Source of the DNA: Squalus acanthias | Taxonomy: Eukaryota | NCBI GenBank assembly: GCA_030390025.1 | Contig: CM059453.1 | Span: forward strand, 7,130,001-7,194,000 | Reading direction: 5' to 3' | DNA: 64,000 nucleotides | Shown: in pieces, positions 9,861 through 22,010 of the stretch | Position numbering within the stretch: the stretch's first letter is position 1 | Layout: the number at the start of each line of letters is the position of its first letter | Position numbers and translations under genes: made by a program | Notes under the pieces: generated by a model | What the model was told of the DNA's origin: nothing | Databases searched by the model: none | The model's input: only the letters and a program-made list of their open reading frames with translations

Positions 9861-12800
9861 TGTCATAAATCGCAAGTAACAACTCAGGAAGTACTACTGT
9901 GTGGCCAGCTGGGGCGCCGTCCAGGGAGTATAAATACTCAGGCATGGGCCCACCTTGGGCAGAGACAATCTGGAAACAGGAAGCTAGTGACTGCTAACTA
10001 GACCTCCATGTTTTGTTACAAGTTGATTAAAGCCTTGCTTTATGTTCAAGTGCGTAGTGAGTCTTTATTACGTCAATTTAATCAACTTGATATCGTCTCC
10101 ACGCTTTGGGTGATTCGGAACAACCAGCTGCAACTCGAACCACAGAAGGGAACTTGGGCAAGAAACTGATCCATCATGGAAAAACTCCTTAGACCCGCTC
10201 GTCTCGACCTGGACCCGAATGCACCTGCGGCAGCAAAGGTATGGAAGCATTGGTTTCGTACCTTTAGCAACTTTCTTGAAGAATGTGGGGCGGATGTCCC
10301 TAATAAGTTACGAATGCTTATCAACTACGTGTCTCCTCATGTGTATGATTATATTGAGGACTGTATAGACTATGACACTGCTATCGAAATCTTACAGCAG
10401 CTATATGTCAAGTCCCCAAATGAAATCATTGCTTGACACCTACTGGCCACAACTCGGCAGCAGCCTGGGGAATCACTCGATGAATTTCTCCAGAAACTTC
10501 GCAGGCTCAGCAAGGATTGTAACCTTAAAGCAGTTTCAGCTGAACAGTATCAAGAGGAACTAATCCGCGATTCCTTTATCAATGGAATCACGTCCCCTTT
10601 TATACGTCAGCGCCTGCTGGAAAATAAAACGCTCAATTTACGGGCTGCTTATGACCAGGCGTGTTCCTTGGACTTGGCCAAGAAAAATGCAGACACTTAT
10701 CTCCCACCACGTGCACGGGCGGCGGCTATCTCCTTTAATGAGTCTTTCGGTAGGTCTCGGGCGGATGCCCCCACTGATGTTGACTCTACTCTAACAGACG
10801 ACGACCCTACCCTAGAGGCCTTCGCTGATGACGACCCCGCCCTAGCAGCATCTTGGCAATCAGGAAGAAAGTGTTTCTTTTGTGGAGGGGCGGCCATCAC
10901 AGAAAATTTTGCCCGGCTCGTAATGTGACCTGCAATCATTGCAGCAAGAAAGGACACTTTTCCAAGTTATGCCAGTCACGGGCCTCTGCTAACAAGAAAG
11001 GCCGCTCCTCTAAAGTATACCGGTCGAGAGCTCCTGTTAGCTTCACAGCTGCTATCTATGGAGCTGCTCCTCCCCCAGGAACCACTGTTAAGGCTGCAGT
11101 TGCCGAAGGGAAAATTGCCCCTCCTCCCATCACGGCTGTTTTTCCCCAAAGTTTGTCCCATGCAGCCACGAAGGTTTCAGTAAATGGGCACACTCTAAGT
11201 GCGCTAATCGACTCCTGCAGCTCTGACAGCTTCATTAGTAAGCGGGCTGTCAACACGTTAAAACTGCACATTTATCCCTCGGACAGGGAGATTGCAATGG
11301 CTCTGACGACTCTGACCACCAATTCTTCTGGCTTCTGTCTGGTCAACCTCATCCTCAACGGCCGCACGTATCTCTCCACCCGGCTCGGAGTACTCACAAA
11401 CTTATGCAGCGATGTGCTTCTGGGACAGAACTTCCAGAAGCAGCACAAGAAGATCACTTTTGAGTTTGGAGGGTCAAGGCCGGAGCTTACCATTTCTAAG
11501 GTGCCGTTTTGTGCACTCTCGGCGGCCTTACTCGGTGAACCCTCCCTGTTTGCCAATCTTCCCCCCCGCTGTAAACCCATAGCCACCAAATCGCGGCGCT
11601 TTAGCCAAGATGATCGAGCGTTTATTGAGGCGGAAATCTCTCGCCTTTTAGTCGACGGTATTATCGAGCAATGTTCATCTCCCTGGCGGGCTCAGGTCGT
11701 CATCGTGAGGAATCCCTTAAAACAAAATAAAAAACGTCTGTGTATCGATTATTCGCAGACTATTAATCTATATACCGATCTGGATGCCTACCCGCTGCCA
11801 CGCATAGATGACATGGTCAACAACCTTGCCAAATACAAGGTATTCTCGACCTTCGATTTAAAAAGCGCGTACCATCAGGTGCCACTGCAAGACTCCGACA
11901 AGAAGTATACGGCCTTTGAGGCCAATGGTCGGCTTTTCCAGTTTCACCGCCTTCCATTCGGGGTCACCAATGGGGTGGCCGTCTTCCAACGGGCCATGGA
12001 TGGCCTAGTCCGGCAAGAGAACTTGACGGATACCTTTCCGTATTTAGACAATATCACTATTGCCGGCCATGATCAAAAGGAGCATGACGCCAATCTTCAG
12101 AGATTTTTTGACGCACTCCGCCGTCGCCACTTAACATTAAACGAATCCAAATCGGTGAAGTCGGTGCCATCGGTGAACATTCTTGGCTGCTGGGTGGGCA
12201 ACGGTGTTATTAAACCAGACCCAGAGCGACTTCGTCCACTTCAGGAGCTCCCTCCCCCGACGAACCTCGGCTCTCTTCGTCGGGCACTTGGCATGTTTGC
12301 TTATTACGCAAAATGGATACCACACTTCTCCGATAAAATACAGCCCCTGCTCCATGCAAAGTCTTTTCCATTGGAAGCTATGGCTATTTCTGCCTTCAAC
12401 CTCCTCAAACGACAGCTGGAGAAAGCCACGCTTCGCTCCATTGACTAAAATCTTCCTTTTGTGGTCGAATGCGATGCATCGGAGGTGGCGATCTCCGCTA
12501 CCTTGAATCAAGGTGGCCGACCCGTGGCATTCCTATCCAGAACCTTGCAGGGTAGCGAGCTCCATTACCCCCCCCCCCCGTCGAGAAGGAGGCTACGGCC
12601 ATCATCGAGGCTGTACGCCAATGGGGTCATTTTCTTGCTCGGCGTCATTTTACGCTTATAACTGACCAGCGCTCTGTGGCCTTCATGTTGGATAACCGGA
12701 GGCGCACGAAAATCAAAAATAATAAAATTCAACTCTGGAGGATGGAGCTGGCTGCCTTTGGATATACTATCTGTTACCGACCCGGCAAACAGAACGTGGC

Positions 12801-14374
12801 CCCAGATACCTTCACACGGGCATTTTGCTCCTCAATGTCAACGTCGACTCTGGCGGATTTGCATATGGACTTATGCCATCCTGGTGTGACCCGCATGTTG
12901 CACATTGTGCGCTCCAAAAATCTACCATTTTCAACCGAGGACGTAAAGAAAACATGCTCCTCCTGTAGGATTTGTGCAGAATTGAAACCACAATTCTTTC
13001 GCCCATCAGATGGCTTACTCATACATGCAATGCAGCCTATGCAGAGGCTCAGCATAGACTTTAAAGGGCCATTGCCTTCGTCGACAAGGAACACCTACCT
13101 ACTTACGATGGTGGACGAGTATTCACGCTTTCCCTTCGCCTTCCCCTGCCCTAATATGCTTACCTCTACAGTAATTAAATGCCTCGATCAGGTCTTTTCC
13201 CTTTGCGGGACGGCCAATTTTATCCACACTGATCGGGGTCCCTCCTTTATGTCGAGTGAACTTAAAAGTTATCTCTCCCAACGGGGAATCGCCTCAAGTA
13301 GGACGACACCATATCACCCAATCGGTAACGGACAGGTTGAACGATACAATGCCATCATCTGGAACGCTGTCCGTCTGGCACTAAGGTCACGCAACCTGCC
13401 GGACCAGCAGTGGGAAACGGTGCTCCCCGACGCGTTACACTCTATCAGGTCTCTTCTCTCCACATCTACTAATGTCACGCCTCATGAGCGATTCTTCAAA
13501 TTCCGGCGTCGCTCTACACATGGGACGTCTCTACCGTCATGGTTGGTGGCTCCAGGCCCGGTACTACTCCGGAGGTTCGTCCGGTCTGCCAAAAACGACC
13601 CTCTCCTTGACGAGGTGGAGTTAACGGAGTTAAACCCCACGTATGCGCACGTACGTTACCCTGATGGCCGGGAGACCACCGTCTCGCTCCGAGATCTGGC
13701 TCCCTGCCCAACCGGTCACACGGGCCCGAATGATGAAGGATCCCCCGACAATGATATCAACACTCCGCACCCCTATGAAAATGACGCCCCGCCTGGGACA
13801 TCGGGGGATCTGCCGGCAACGCTACCGGATCAACTCAGGGAGCTGGACGCTCCCCGTAGGATGGCCACCCGAAACCAGGACGCCGGACAATCTCCAGCCA
13901 CGACCCGGGATGAGGCCAGCTCAGCACCTGTGGGGACCCGCACCCGGAGTCATGATATTCCCAGTCCTCCACAGGATGATCAAGATGACGCGGACTCTAC
14001 TGACTTACCGGTACGGGCCAAGCGACCCAGGGACCAGGACATGGTCCGGGGAGACGTGCCTTCCAGTCACAAGCAGAGAGCTAAACGTCTGCGGCTATTT
14101 CTGGTCCGCTTAGTCCGTTAAAGGAAGACTGGACTTCCAAACCTGTTAGGGAGGAAGAATGTCATAAATCGCAAGTAACAACTCAGGAAGTACTACTGGG
14201 TGGCCAGCTGGGGCGCCGTCCAGGGAGTATAAATACTCAGGCATGGGCCCACCTTGGGCAGAGACAATCTGGAAACAGGAAGCTAGTGACTGCTAACTAG
14301 ACCTCCATGTTTTGTTACAAGTTGATTAAAGCCTTGCTTTATGTTCAAGTGCGTAGTGAGTCTTTATTACGTCA
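9861..14374 (+). mobile_element. Full-length Gypsy LTR retrotransposon 2 (4514 bp)
   Basis: 215-bp LTRs at 9861-10075 and 14160-14374 (TG...CA, one mismatch T9900/G14199). 5-bp TSD GAGGG at 9856-9860 and 14375-14379. Polypurine tract AGGGAGGAAGAA at 14148-14159. Order gag-PR-RT-RH-IN. Confidence 0.97.
10176..14121 (+). pseudogene. Disrupted gag-pol of Gypsy element 2
   Basis: Gag, zinc knuckle, LIDSC protease, YLDN RT, RNase H ECDAS and integrase (HPG..CxxC, IDF/TDRG/VER). Broken by TGA at 10434, a 1-nt deletion near 10890, TAA at 12446 and a poly-C frameshift near 12568-12579. Confidence 0.92.
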
Positions 14375-14452
14375 GAGGGTTATTCTGATCGAGGAAGCGC
14401 CCTCATACCCGTATCACTTGCTCCCTCTCTTATCCACTCCTTTCTGTTACAG

Positions 14453-14617
14453 AGCCAAGACCAGTATCGAAATATTGCTATCAGATGATCTACATCCAGC
14501 AATCATCGCAGAGTGTAGAGGTTCTGCTCGCAATCGGTGAATATTTGAAGTCTTCACAAACATGAAGGAGATCTCCAGAATGAGGAGTACAGTGTATAGA
14601 CCGCGATTAAGTTTAAA
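14453..14617 (+). pseudogene. Decayed terminal (ITIM/ITSM) exon of gene A
   Basis: ttacag/AGCCAAGACCAGTAT aligns with gene B ttacag/AGACAAGACAAGTAT and CTCCAGAAYGAGGAG. It has an in-frame TGA, frameshifts, no ITIM Tyr, and the distal Tyr codon is TAG at 14597-14599. Confidence 0.75.
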
Positions 14618-15225
14618 TCAAATCCAGTGGGATTTAATCCTTTTGGACTGTTGGAGCTCATCAATATCTCAACACAACCGGTTCATGAGATAGAAAAAAA
14701 CCTCACATTCCAGGGACTGCTGTGAAAATGAGTATATTTCGCAGATTAATTGTTAGCATTTTTCAATTCTGCTTGTTGCGTTTTAAATTTACAATCCCGC
14801 ACATGTTTTCATTCAAAACACATGTCTGAAATGCTTTGGGCTTTAAAGGTCAGAGTAAATTTGAAACAGTTTTTGATGTGCTTTAATAGAACAGCAGTCT
14901 TCCTAAGTAATGTTAACAGTGTTTTCATTGCAGAGCTCCCTCTGTTACATTCATAGACAACCCTGGCGATCAACGATGAACCTCTCTATCGTCAGCTGGA
15001 TTAATTTGTCAGCCTCTGCCAGCCCAGTATAATAAACCTTCACATCTCACTGCCAGTTCCCATCAGTTTCCTTTACAACAGCCGAACTTTTATCAACATT
15101 TGAATTCTATAAGAGACTTTCAGAATCAGTTTACAGTGTAAGCAAAACATTATAAATAATGGATCTGGGTATTTTGTCAAGTATTGCTGCACGCATTAGA
15201 TTCCGCTCATTATCAAACTGTACAG

Positions 15226-15597
15226 AACATAAGAACATAAGAAATAGGAGCAGGAGTAGGCCATTCGTCCCCTCGAGCCTGCTCCGCCATTCAATAAGAT
15301 CATGGTTGATCTGATCTTGGTCTCAACTTCACTTTCCTGTCCGCTCTCCATCACCCTTGACTCCCCGATAGTTCAACAATCGGTCTATCTACACCTTTAC
15401 TATATTCAATTACTCAGCCTCCATAGTTCTCTGGGGAAGAGAATTTCAAGATTCACGACCCTCTAAGAGAAGAAATTCCTCCTCATCTCCGTTTTAAATG
15501 GGAGACATATTATTCTGAAACTATGACCCCTAGATCTAGATTCCTCCTCGAGGGGAAACACCCTCTCTGCTTCCACCCTGACGAGCCCCCTCAGAAA
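15226..15597 (-). mobile_element. CR1 LINE 3' fragment
   Basis: AGAACATAAGAAATAGGAGCAGGAGTAGGCC tail and the end of ORF2. Confidence 0.85.
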
Positions 15598-16964
15598 ATT
15601 GATTCTTGTTCAAAAATGGCGAGGCCAGTGTTAGAAGAGAATCACGATGTAACACATAATTTGTCATTGTTTAGTGTATCCAATGCTTTATTAAAAAGTC
15701 ATAAATCATTTCCCTTGTTATCTGTTACTTGAGCTCAGTGGAGCTGAGAGTGGAACACTTGACATACATTCAAAATAATCATCCAACTTTCCCCGGTCAG
15801 GCTCAGTGCAGTCAACTGAAGGAATAGTCTCCTGTTAAGGCTTCTGTACAACAACTGCAAATCATCCCCTTTTATCTGTTTGTGGTCCTGACAGTGTGAA
15901 TATTTCTGGGGGATTATATTTAGTTGGTGACATTGCAAATGCACATCGTGAACACTTCCCTCTTCAGTATCTCCACTGAAATCGCAAACGTTCCCTGGGT
16001 GTTATGATTGCAATAGAAATAAACCTTACCATGAGGGTCACACTGTGACTAAAGCACAGCCACCGGAGGAATATTCCGACAATCTGCTTCATATGACTCT
16101 CTGCTTCAGGTCAAGAGAGGCCAACCGAACAACTAAGATTATAAAATATGTTATAATAATAGGACTCTGGTTATTTCTACCTCTTTATCAGTGGTGCAAT
16201 ATCAGCTCACTTTTCACTATTGTCTGTCAGGTCAGTGGTATTTAGCATATATATTAGATTATGTATTTCCACTGTTGTAAATTAGCACAACAATTCCGCT
16301 GGATTTCGAAGAATGGATATATGAGCGTGTCCCAAACCAGCATCCCCAGCTCCCAGTGCGAGATACAATGAACAATCTTCATCTCCCCACCGTTATCAAT
16401 TAGCCAACCATAATGTGAGATTCAATGGATGAGCCACTGGGCATCAGGGATAATCAATAACTGCTCCCACTGTACGACACAATAGGTACATTACACATCG
16501 CCACAGGTAGTCGATTCAGACCACCCACTCTGAGATACAATGCGTGGTTCAGGTGCCCTCAGGAAAGTTCATTTGAAAGCACCGTCTGCAATATTCAATG
16601 GGAAATCTACATGTGTCCATTGGCAATCCACTAACTCCCGCCAATGTGAGATATATTGGGTGATGTACAACCTCTTATGAAAATCAAATTCAACATAGTG
16701 CCTTGAAGTATAAAACGTCCTGAAGCGCTTTCAGATTTCATAGCAAGAGAAGTACATTCCAAGACAGTGGAGAAAGTTTAAGAGATTTAGAGAGAGAGTA
16801 AATTGCAGGCTAGGACCAAAATATGACGTTGAAGGATGATAGAGACCTAGAGAGGGTAAGTGGATATAATGGGGGGTTCCACAAGGCCGAGGCAACAGAA
16901 AGTCCTGGGAACAAATGGTGGGATGCATGGAAAGGAGATATGCACAGGACGCCACAATTATTAT

Positions 16965-17390
16965 TTTTTGATTCATGTGATGTGGGCGTCGCTGACAAGG
17001 CCAGCATTGATTGCCCATACCTAATTGCCCTTGAGAAGGTGGCGGTGAGCCTCCTTCTTGAATGGCTGCAGTCTGTGTGGTGAAGTTACTCCCCCAGTGC
17101 TGTTAGGAATGGAGTTCCAGGATTTTGACCCAGCGACGATGAAGGAACGGCGATATAATTCCAAGTCAGGGTGGTGTGTGACTCGGAGGGGAACTTGGAG
17201 GTGGTTTTGCTCCAATGCGCCTGCTGCCCTTCTCCTTCTAGGTGGAAGGGGCCTCTGGTTTGGGAGTAGCTGCCAAAGAAGCCTTGGCGAGTTGCTGCAG
17301 TGCATCTTGTAGATGGTACACACTGCAGCCACGATACGCCGGTGGTGGAGGGAGTGAATGTTTAAGGTGGTGGATGGGGTGACGATCAAA
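16965..17390 (-). mobile_element. L2/CR1-group LINE 3' fragment (second family)
   Basis: AAVCTIYKMHCSNSPRLL...WNSIPNS. Same family at about 18735-18990 (-), 27330-28012 (+) and 44020-44200 (-). Confidence 0.75.
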
Positions 17391-19139
17391 CATGCAGAAC
17401 ACTACAAGGTGCTGGAATGTAAATTTTGGAAAAAATTGCAGAGTATAAACGGAGAATTGTTATGACATGGAATGCACTGCCTGAAGCTGTGATAGTATCA
17501 ATTTCAATAGTATCTTTCTAAAGTGAACTGGAGTTATACTTTAAAAGGAATAATTTGCAGGGTCATGGAGAAAGAACAGGCGCATGGGACTGACTGGATA
17601 TCTCTTTCAAAGAGACGGCACAGGCACGATGGGGTGAATAATTACCTTCTGTACTGTATTATTCTATGATTCTACCAATAAACTTCAGAACAGGAATGTT
17701 GGAGAGGCGGGTTAGTCGGGTTTCCTGAAACTCAGTGCAAAAATCAACAGTAACTTATTTACCATCACTGTCTAACAGATTGCAATGTTCCAATTCAATT
17801 TGAAAATCACCTTGATTTCCATAAAATCACACTGTGTTCCAAGCATCAAACAGAAGAATTTGCATGAAATGTCGCAACGAGTCACCTAACCAAACTCCAC
17901 ACGCTACTATAATTCAACTTAATACACCCAGACTCTGTATGCCAGTAAGAGCAGAGTGTCTTAACAAGAGGAATATAGCAAGCTTCAAAACTTGTTCCGC
18001 ATGCGTTTAGCTTGGATAACATAAGATTCATGGGTCTGGTCTCCAAAGTGATTGAAGTGGCAGTTGGTGCTCTTCCTTCTATTGAGAGGATGTGTGGAAA
18101 TCGACCAGATCACAATACGTATCACATCTTTTGTTCAATGGTGGAATGTGCATTGCATCAGGAAGAAGACATTATCCAGCCACAGCTGCTTCGTTCTGCA
18201 CACGCTGTAACAACTTTCGATAGTCTATGTTGGGAGGGTGAGGTGGACTCGAAGTTTATCTTGGCATGATACAGGATGTCTGCCTCAGTTGGGCTCGGAT
18301 GTGTCTGATGATACAGTAATACCGGCGGTCGGCCACTGTGTGGCGCTGTTGGATTTAGACGCTTCTCTCAATCACACTGAGCATAAGGAACAAACATGAC
18401 TTCAGGCTACAGAAGGAATCAGAGAAATTGCAACAAATAGCAATTCAAAATGCAATTGCAGATTTTCCAGCACACTGAAAATCCAAGGAACAATTCAGCC
18501 ATTAGTATTTCGCCATCCAGGCTAACCTGGGACAGGCACTTAAAGATCAGTCAGGGCCCTCTCTCCGGTCTAACATCCCACATACACTCTTTATTAGGCT
18601 TGCAAGTTAAAAATGGGTAATTGTTTGAGGTACTGGTGGGAATGTATTTTAATAATGGGCAACAATTTCATAACCGGGGCAGAATTGCAACATGGGAGGG
18701 GCATGGAAAAATAAAGGGGCATATTTTTAATTCATTATTGGTATGTGGGCGTCACTTGCAGGTCCTCGTTTATTGCCCATCCCTAGTTGCTCTTCAGAAG
18801 GTGGTGGTGAGCCTTCTTCTTGAACCGCTGCAGTCCGTGTGGCGAAGGTGCTCCCACAGTGCTATTCGGGAGAGAGTTCCAGGATTTTGACACAGCGATG
18901 TAGAAGGGACGGTTGTATATTTCCAAGTCAGGGTGGGTTGTGACTTGGATGGGAACTTGGAGTTGATGGACCTCCAATGCACCTATTGTCCTGATATAGA
19001 GGGAGTGACATCTTCCTTGTATCTTACTTTCTGATGATAGGGATAAATGCACAATCCCATTCTCCAAGCAGTGGGCCGAACATGCAGCGATGGTTGGTCA
19101 GAGAATCGCGCTCAGTGTTGCGGCATATCTCCGACCCGT

Positions 19140-20325
19140 CCTTTCAAAAGGCTTTCGATAAGGTCCTGAGTAAGAGATTAGCGTGTAAAGTTAAGGCACA
19201 TGGGATTGAGGGCAAGGTATTGACTTAGATAGAGAACTGGTTGGCAGACAGAAAGCAAAGAGTTGGAATAAGCGGGTCTTTTTCCGAGTGGCAGGCAGTG
19301 ATTTTGGGGTAACCCAGGGATCGGTCGTTGGACCCCAGCTATTCACAATATATATTAATGATGTAGACAAGGGAACTCGATGTAATAACTCCAAGTTTGC
19401 AGACGACACAAAGCTGGCTGGGCGTGTGTGCTGTGAGGAGGATGCCGAGAAACTCCAGGATGATTTGGACAGGTTGGTGACTGGTCAGAAGCATGGCAGA
19501 TGCAATATAAATGCGAGGTTATCCACTTTGGTGTCAAAAACAGGAAGGCAGATTATTATCTGAATGGCAATAGATTGGGAGAAGGGGAAGTGCAATGAGA
19601 CCTGGGTGTCCTTGTGCACTAGTTGCTGAAGGTAAGCATGCAGGTGCAGCAGGCGGTTAAGAAGGCAAATGGTATGTTGGCCTTCGTAGCGAGCGGGTTT
19701 GAGTACAGGAACAAGGATGTCTTGCTGCAGTTTTACAGGGCCTTGGTGAGACCCCATCTTGAGTATTGTGTGCAGTTTTGGTCGCCTTATCTGAGGAAGG
19801 AGGATCTTGCCATGGAAGGAGTTCAGCGAAGATTCACCAGGCTGATACCTGGGATGGCAGGAATGACGTATGAGGAGAGATTGGGTCGATTGGGCTTGTA
19901 TTCGCTTGAGTTTAGAAGAATGAGAGGGGATCTCATTGAAACTTATACAATTCTGACAGGACTGGACAGACTAGATGCAGGAAGGATGTTCCCGATGATA
20001 GGAGAATCCAGAACCAGGGGTCACAGTCTAAGGATAAGGGGTAAGCCATTTAGGACAGAAATGAGGAGGAATTTCTTCACCCAGAGAGTAGTGAACCTGT
20101 GGAATTCTCTATCACAGAAGGCAGTAGAGGCCAATTCATTAAATATATTCAAGAAGGAGTTGAATATATTTCTTAAGGCAAAAGGGATCAAGGGATATGG
20201 GGAGAAAGCAGGGACAGGGTTCTGAATTTGGATGATCAGCCATGAGCGCATTGAATGGCAGAGCAGGCTAGAGCGGCCGAATGGCCTACTCCTGCTACTA
20301 TCTTCTATGATTCTATGTTTCCTGT
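19140..20325 (+). mobile_element. CR1 LINE ORF2 3' part
   Basis: FQKAFDKV, QGSVVGP, KFADDTK, RPHLEYCVQFWSP and CR1 tail TTCTATG, with frameshifts. Confidence 0.92.
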
Positions 20326-20825
20326 AATTCATCTGTCAACTCTGAGCACTCATTTTGCAGTACAGTTTAAACACAGAGCTGCAAACACAACAAGTCATTT
20401 CAAGATGCAGCATAGTGTATAAGCGGATGGTGCCTCATCACATATAAACTCATTCTGGTTCCATTGTCCAGAATGATTCACACCCAAGAACGTCACAGAT
20501 AGCAGCAGGCTGACGGCTGTTGTAACCACAGCTACAGGGGCTCTAAATAGAACCCAGCACTTCACACCTCTGCGCTGGTGCTATACCGGCACACGGTGTA
20601 AGTAAATCCACCTCGGTGCAGCCACACTGAATGAGACACTGAGCAGACACCAAGGAACATTCTGTGTTAACCATGAACTTTGTCCCGAAGTTGACCACAC
20701 ATCACATCACCTGACGTTCTCAAAGCCAACTGGGTCTTGTTTGGGGCATAATTGAGCAGAATGCACTGCACCAACCTCCACTCTGGGATTGACCAGACAT
20801 TCGGCATCATCTGTGGTTAATACAA

Positions 20826-21500
20826 AACTGGGCCCTGGAGCTGAACACATATCCCTAATTGAGTCCCTAAAACCCAACTGGGCCCTGGATCTGCACAGAC
20901 ATTTCTCATCCAGACAGTCAAAACCAAGCGGTGGCCTGGATTGAACACACATTCAATAAACTAGTCAAGAAACAACCAAAAGAAAAAGCAATAAAAAAAC
21001 AAGTGCAGTCCTCAATCTGAACACACATCCCTAAATGTGTCCATAAAACCCAAAGGGTCTCTGGGCCTGAACATATATATTTCATACTAGTCACTAAAGC
21101 CAAGCTGAGACCTGGGTCTGAACACACATCCCTAAACTAGTCAGTAAACCAAGCAGAGATCTGGGTCTGAACAGATATCCCTAAACTAGTCAGTAAAGCC
21201 AAGCTGAGACCTGGTTCTGAACACACATCCCTAAACTAGTCAGTAAAGCCAAGCTGAGACCTGGGTCTGAACACACATCCCTAAACTAGTCAGTCAAACA
21301 AAACTTGGCCCGCAAAGTGAATAGAAAAACAAACAAACTAGGCCCTGGATCTGTACCCAAGCCCAACAACACACACACACATAAAGCAACGGGTGTCCCC
21401 ACTTATGCTATTATCATTTTATTTGTTTAACAAGAAAAACTGGGCCCTGGAACTGAACGCACATCCATAAACTAACTTGTAAATCCAGTCTGTGACATGG
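20826..21500. repeat. About 50-bp minisatellite
   Basis: Unit CTGAACACACATCCCTAAACTAGTCAGTAAAGCCAAGCTGAGACCTGGGT, best conserved at 21060-21295 and degenerate on both sides. Confidence 0.85.
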
Positions 21501-22010
21501 ATCTTAGCACGCATTCCCTGTCTCCATCTTTCTCTGTCATATTCTCTCTCACAGGCTTTCTCTCTCTCACTCTTTATTCTGTAGAAAACCTAATAGATAC
21601 CATGAACATTTGAACTTAAGAAGCTAAGATTCTTAAAGTAAATAGTGGCCTAATATTTATGTTATTAAATAGAGTGTAAGAACTCTATTTAATATTTACA
21701 GCAACAGGTGGTACTAGGAAGTTACCAGGTGCAGCAAGAACTGTGAGCGAAATTAAGCGGGGTAGAATTTGATATTCTCAGTGGCATAAAGAAATTAAGG
21801 GAACTGCTTAAATCAACAACAGGATCGTGCTTAAGAAAACCAGCAAAAAGCACACAGAATACCTACAATGAGATAATAAATACATGACAAGAAATAGAAA
21901 ATGAAGACTATTAATACAGTGTGAAGGAAATCAGTGCAATTTGGAATATCATAGCTGGTGGAAGTAGGTTGTGGCGGAGGGGTGGGCGTGGAGATTATTC
22001 CCGAGACACC

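Noticed and set aside
14934-15003. Possible extra gene A exon with PLYRQL motif
   Set aside because: An in-frame TAG precedes the motif and the region aligns with the gene B 3' UTR (41960-42067).
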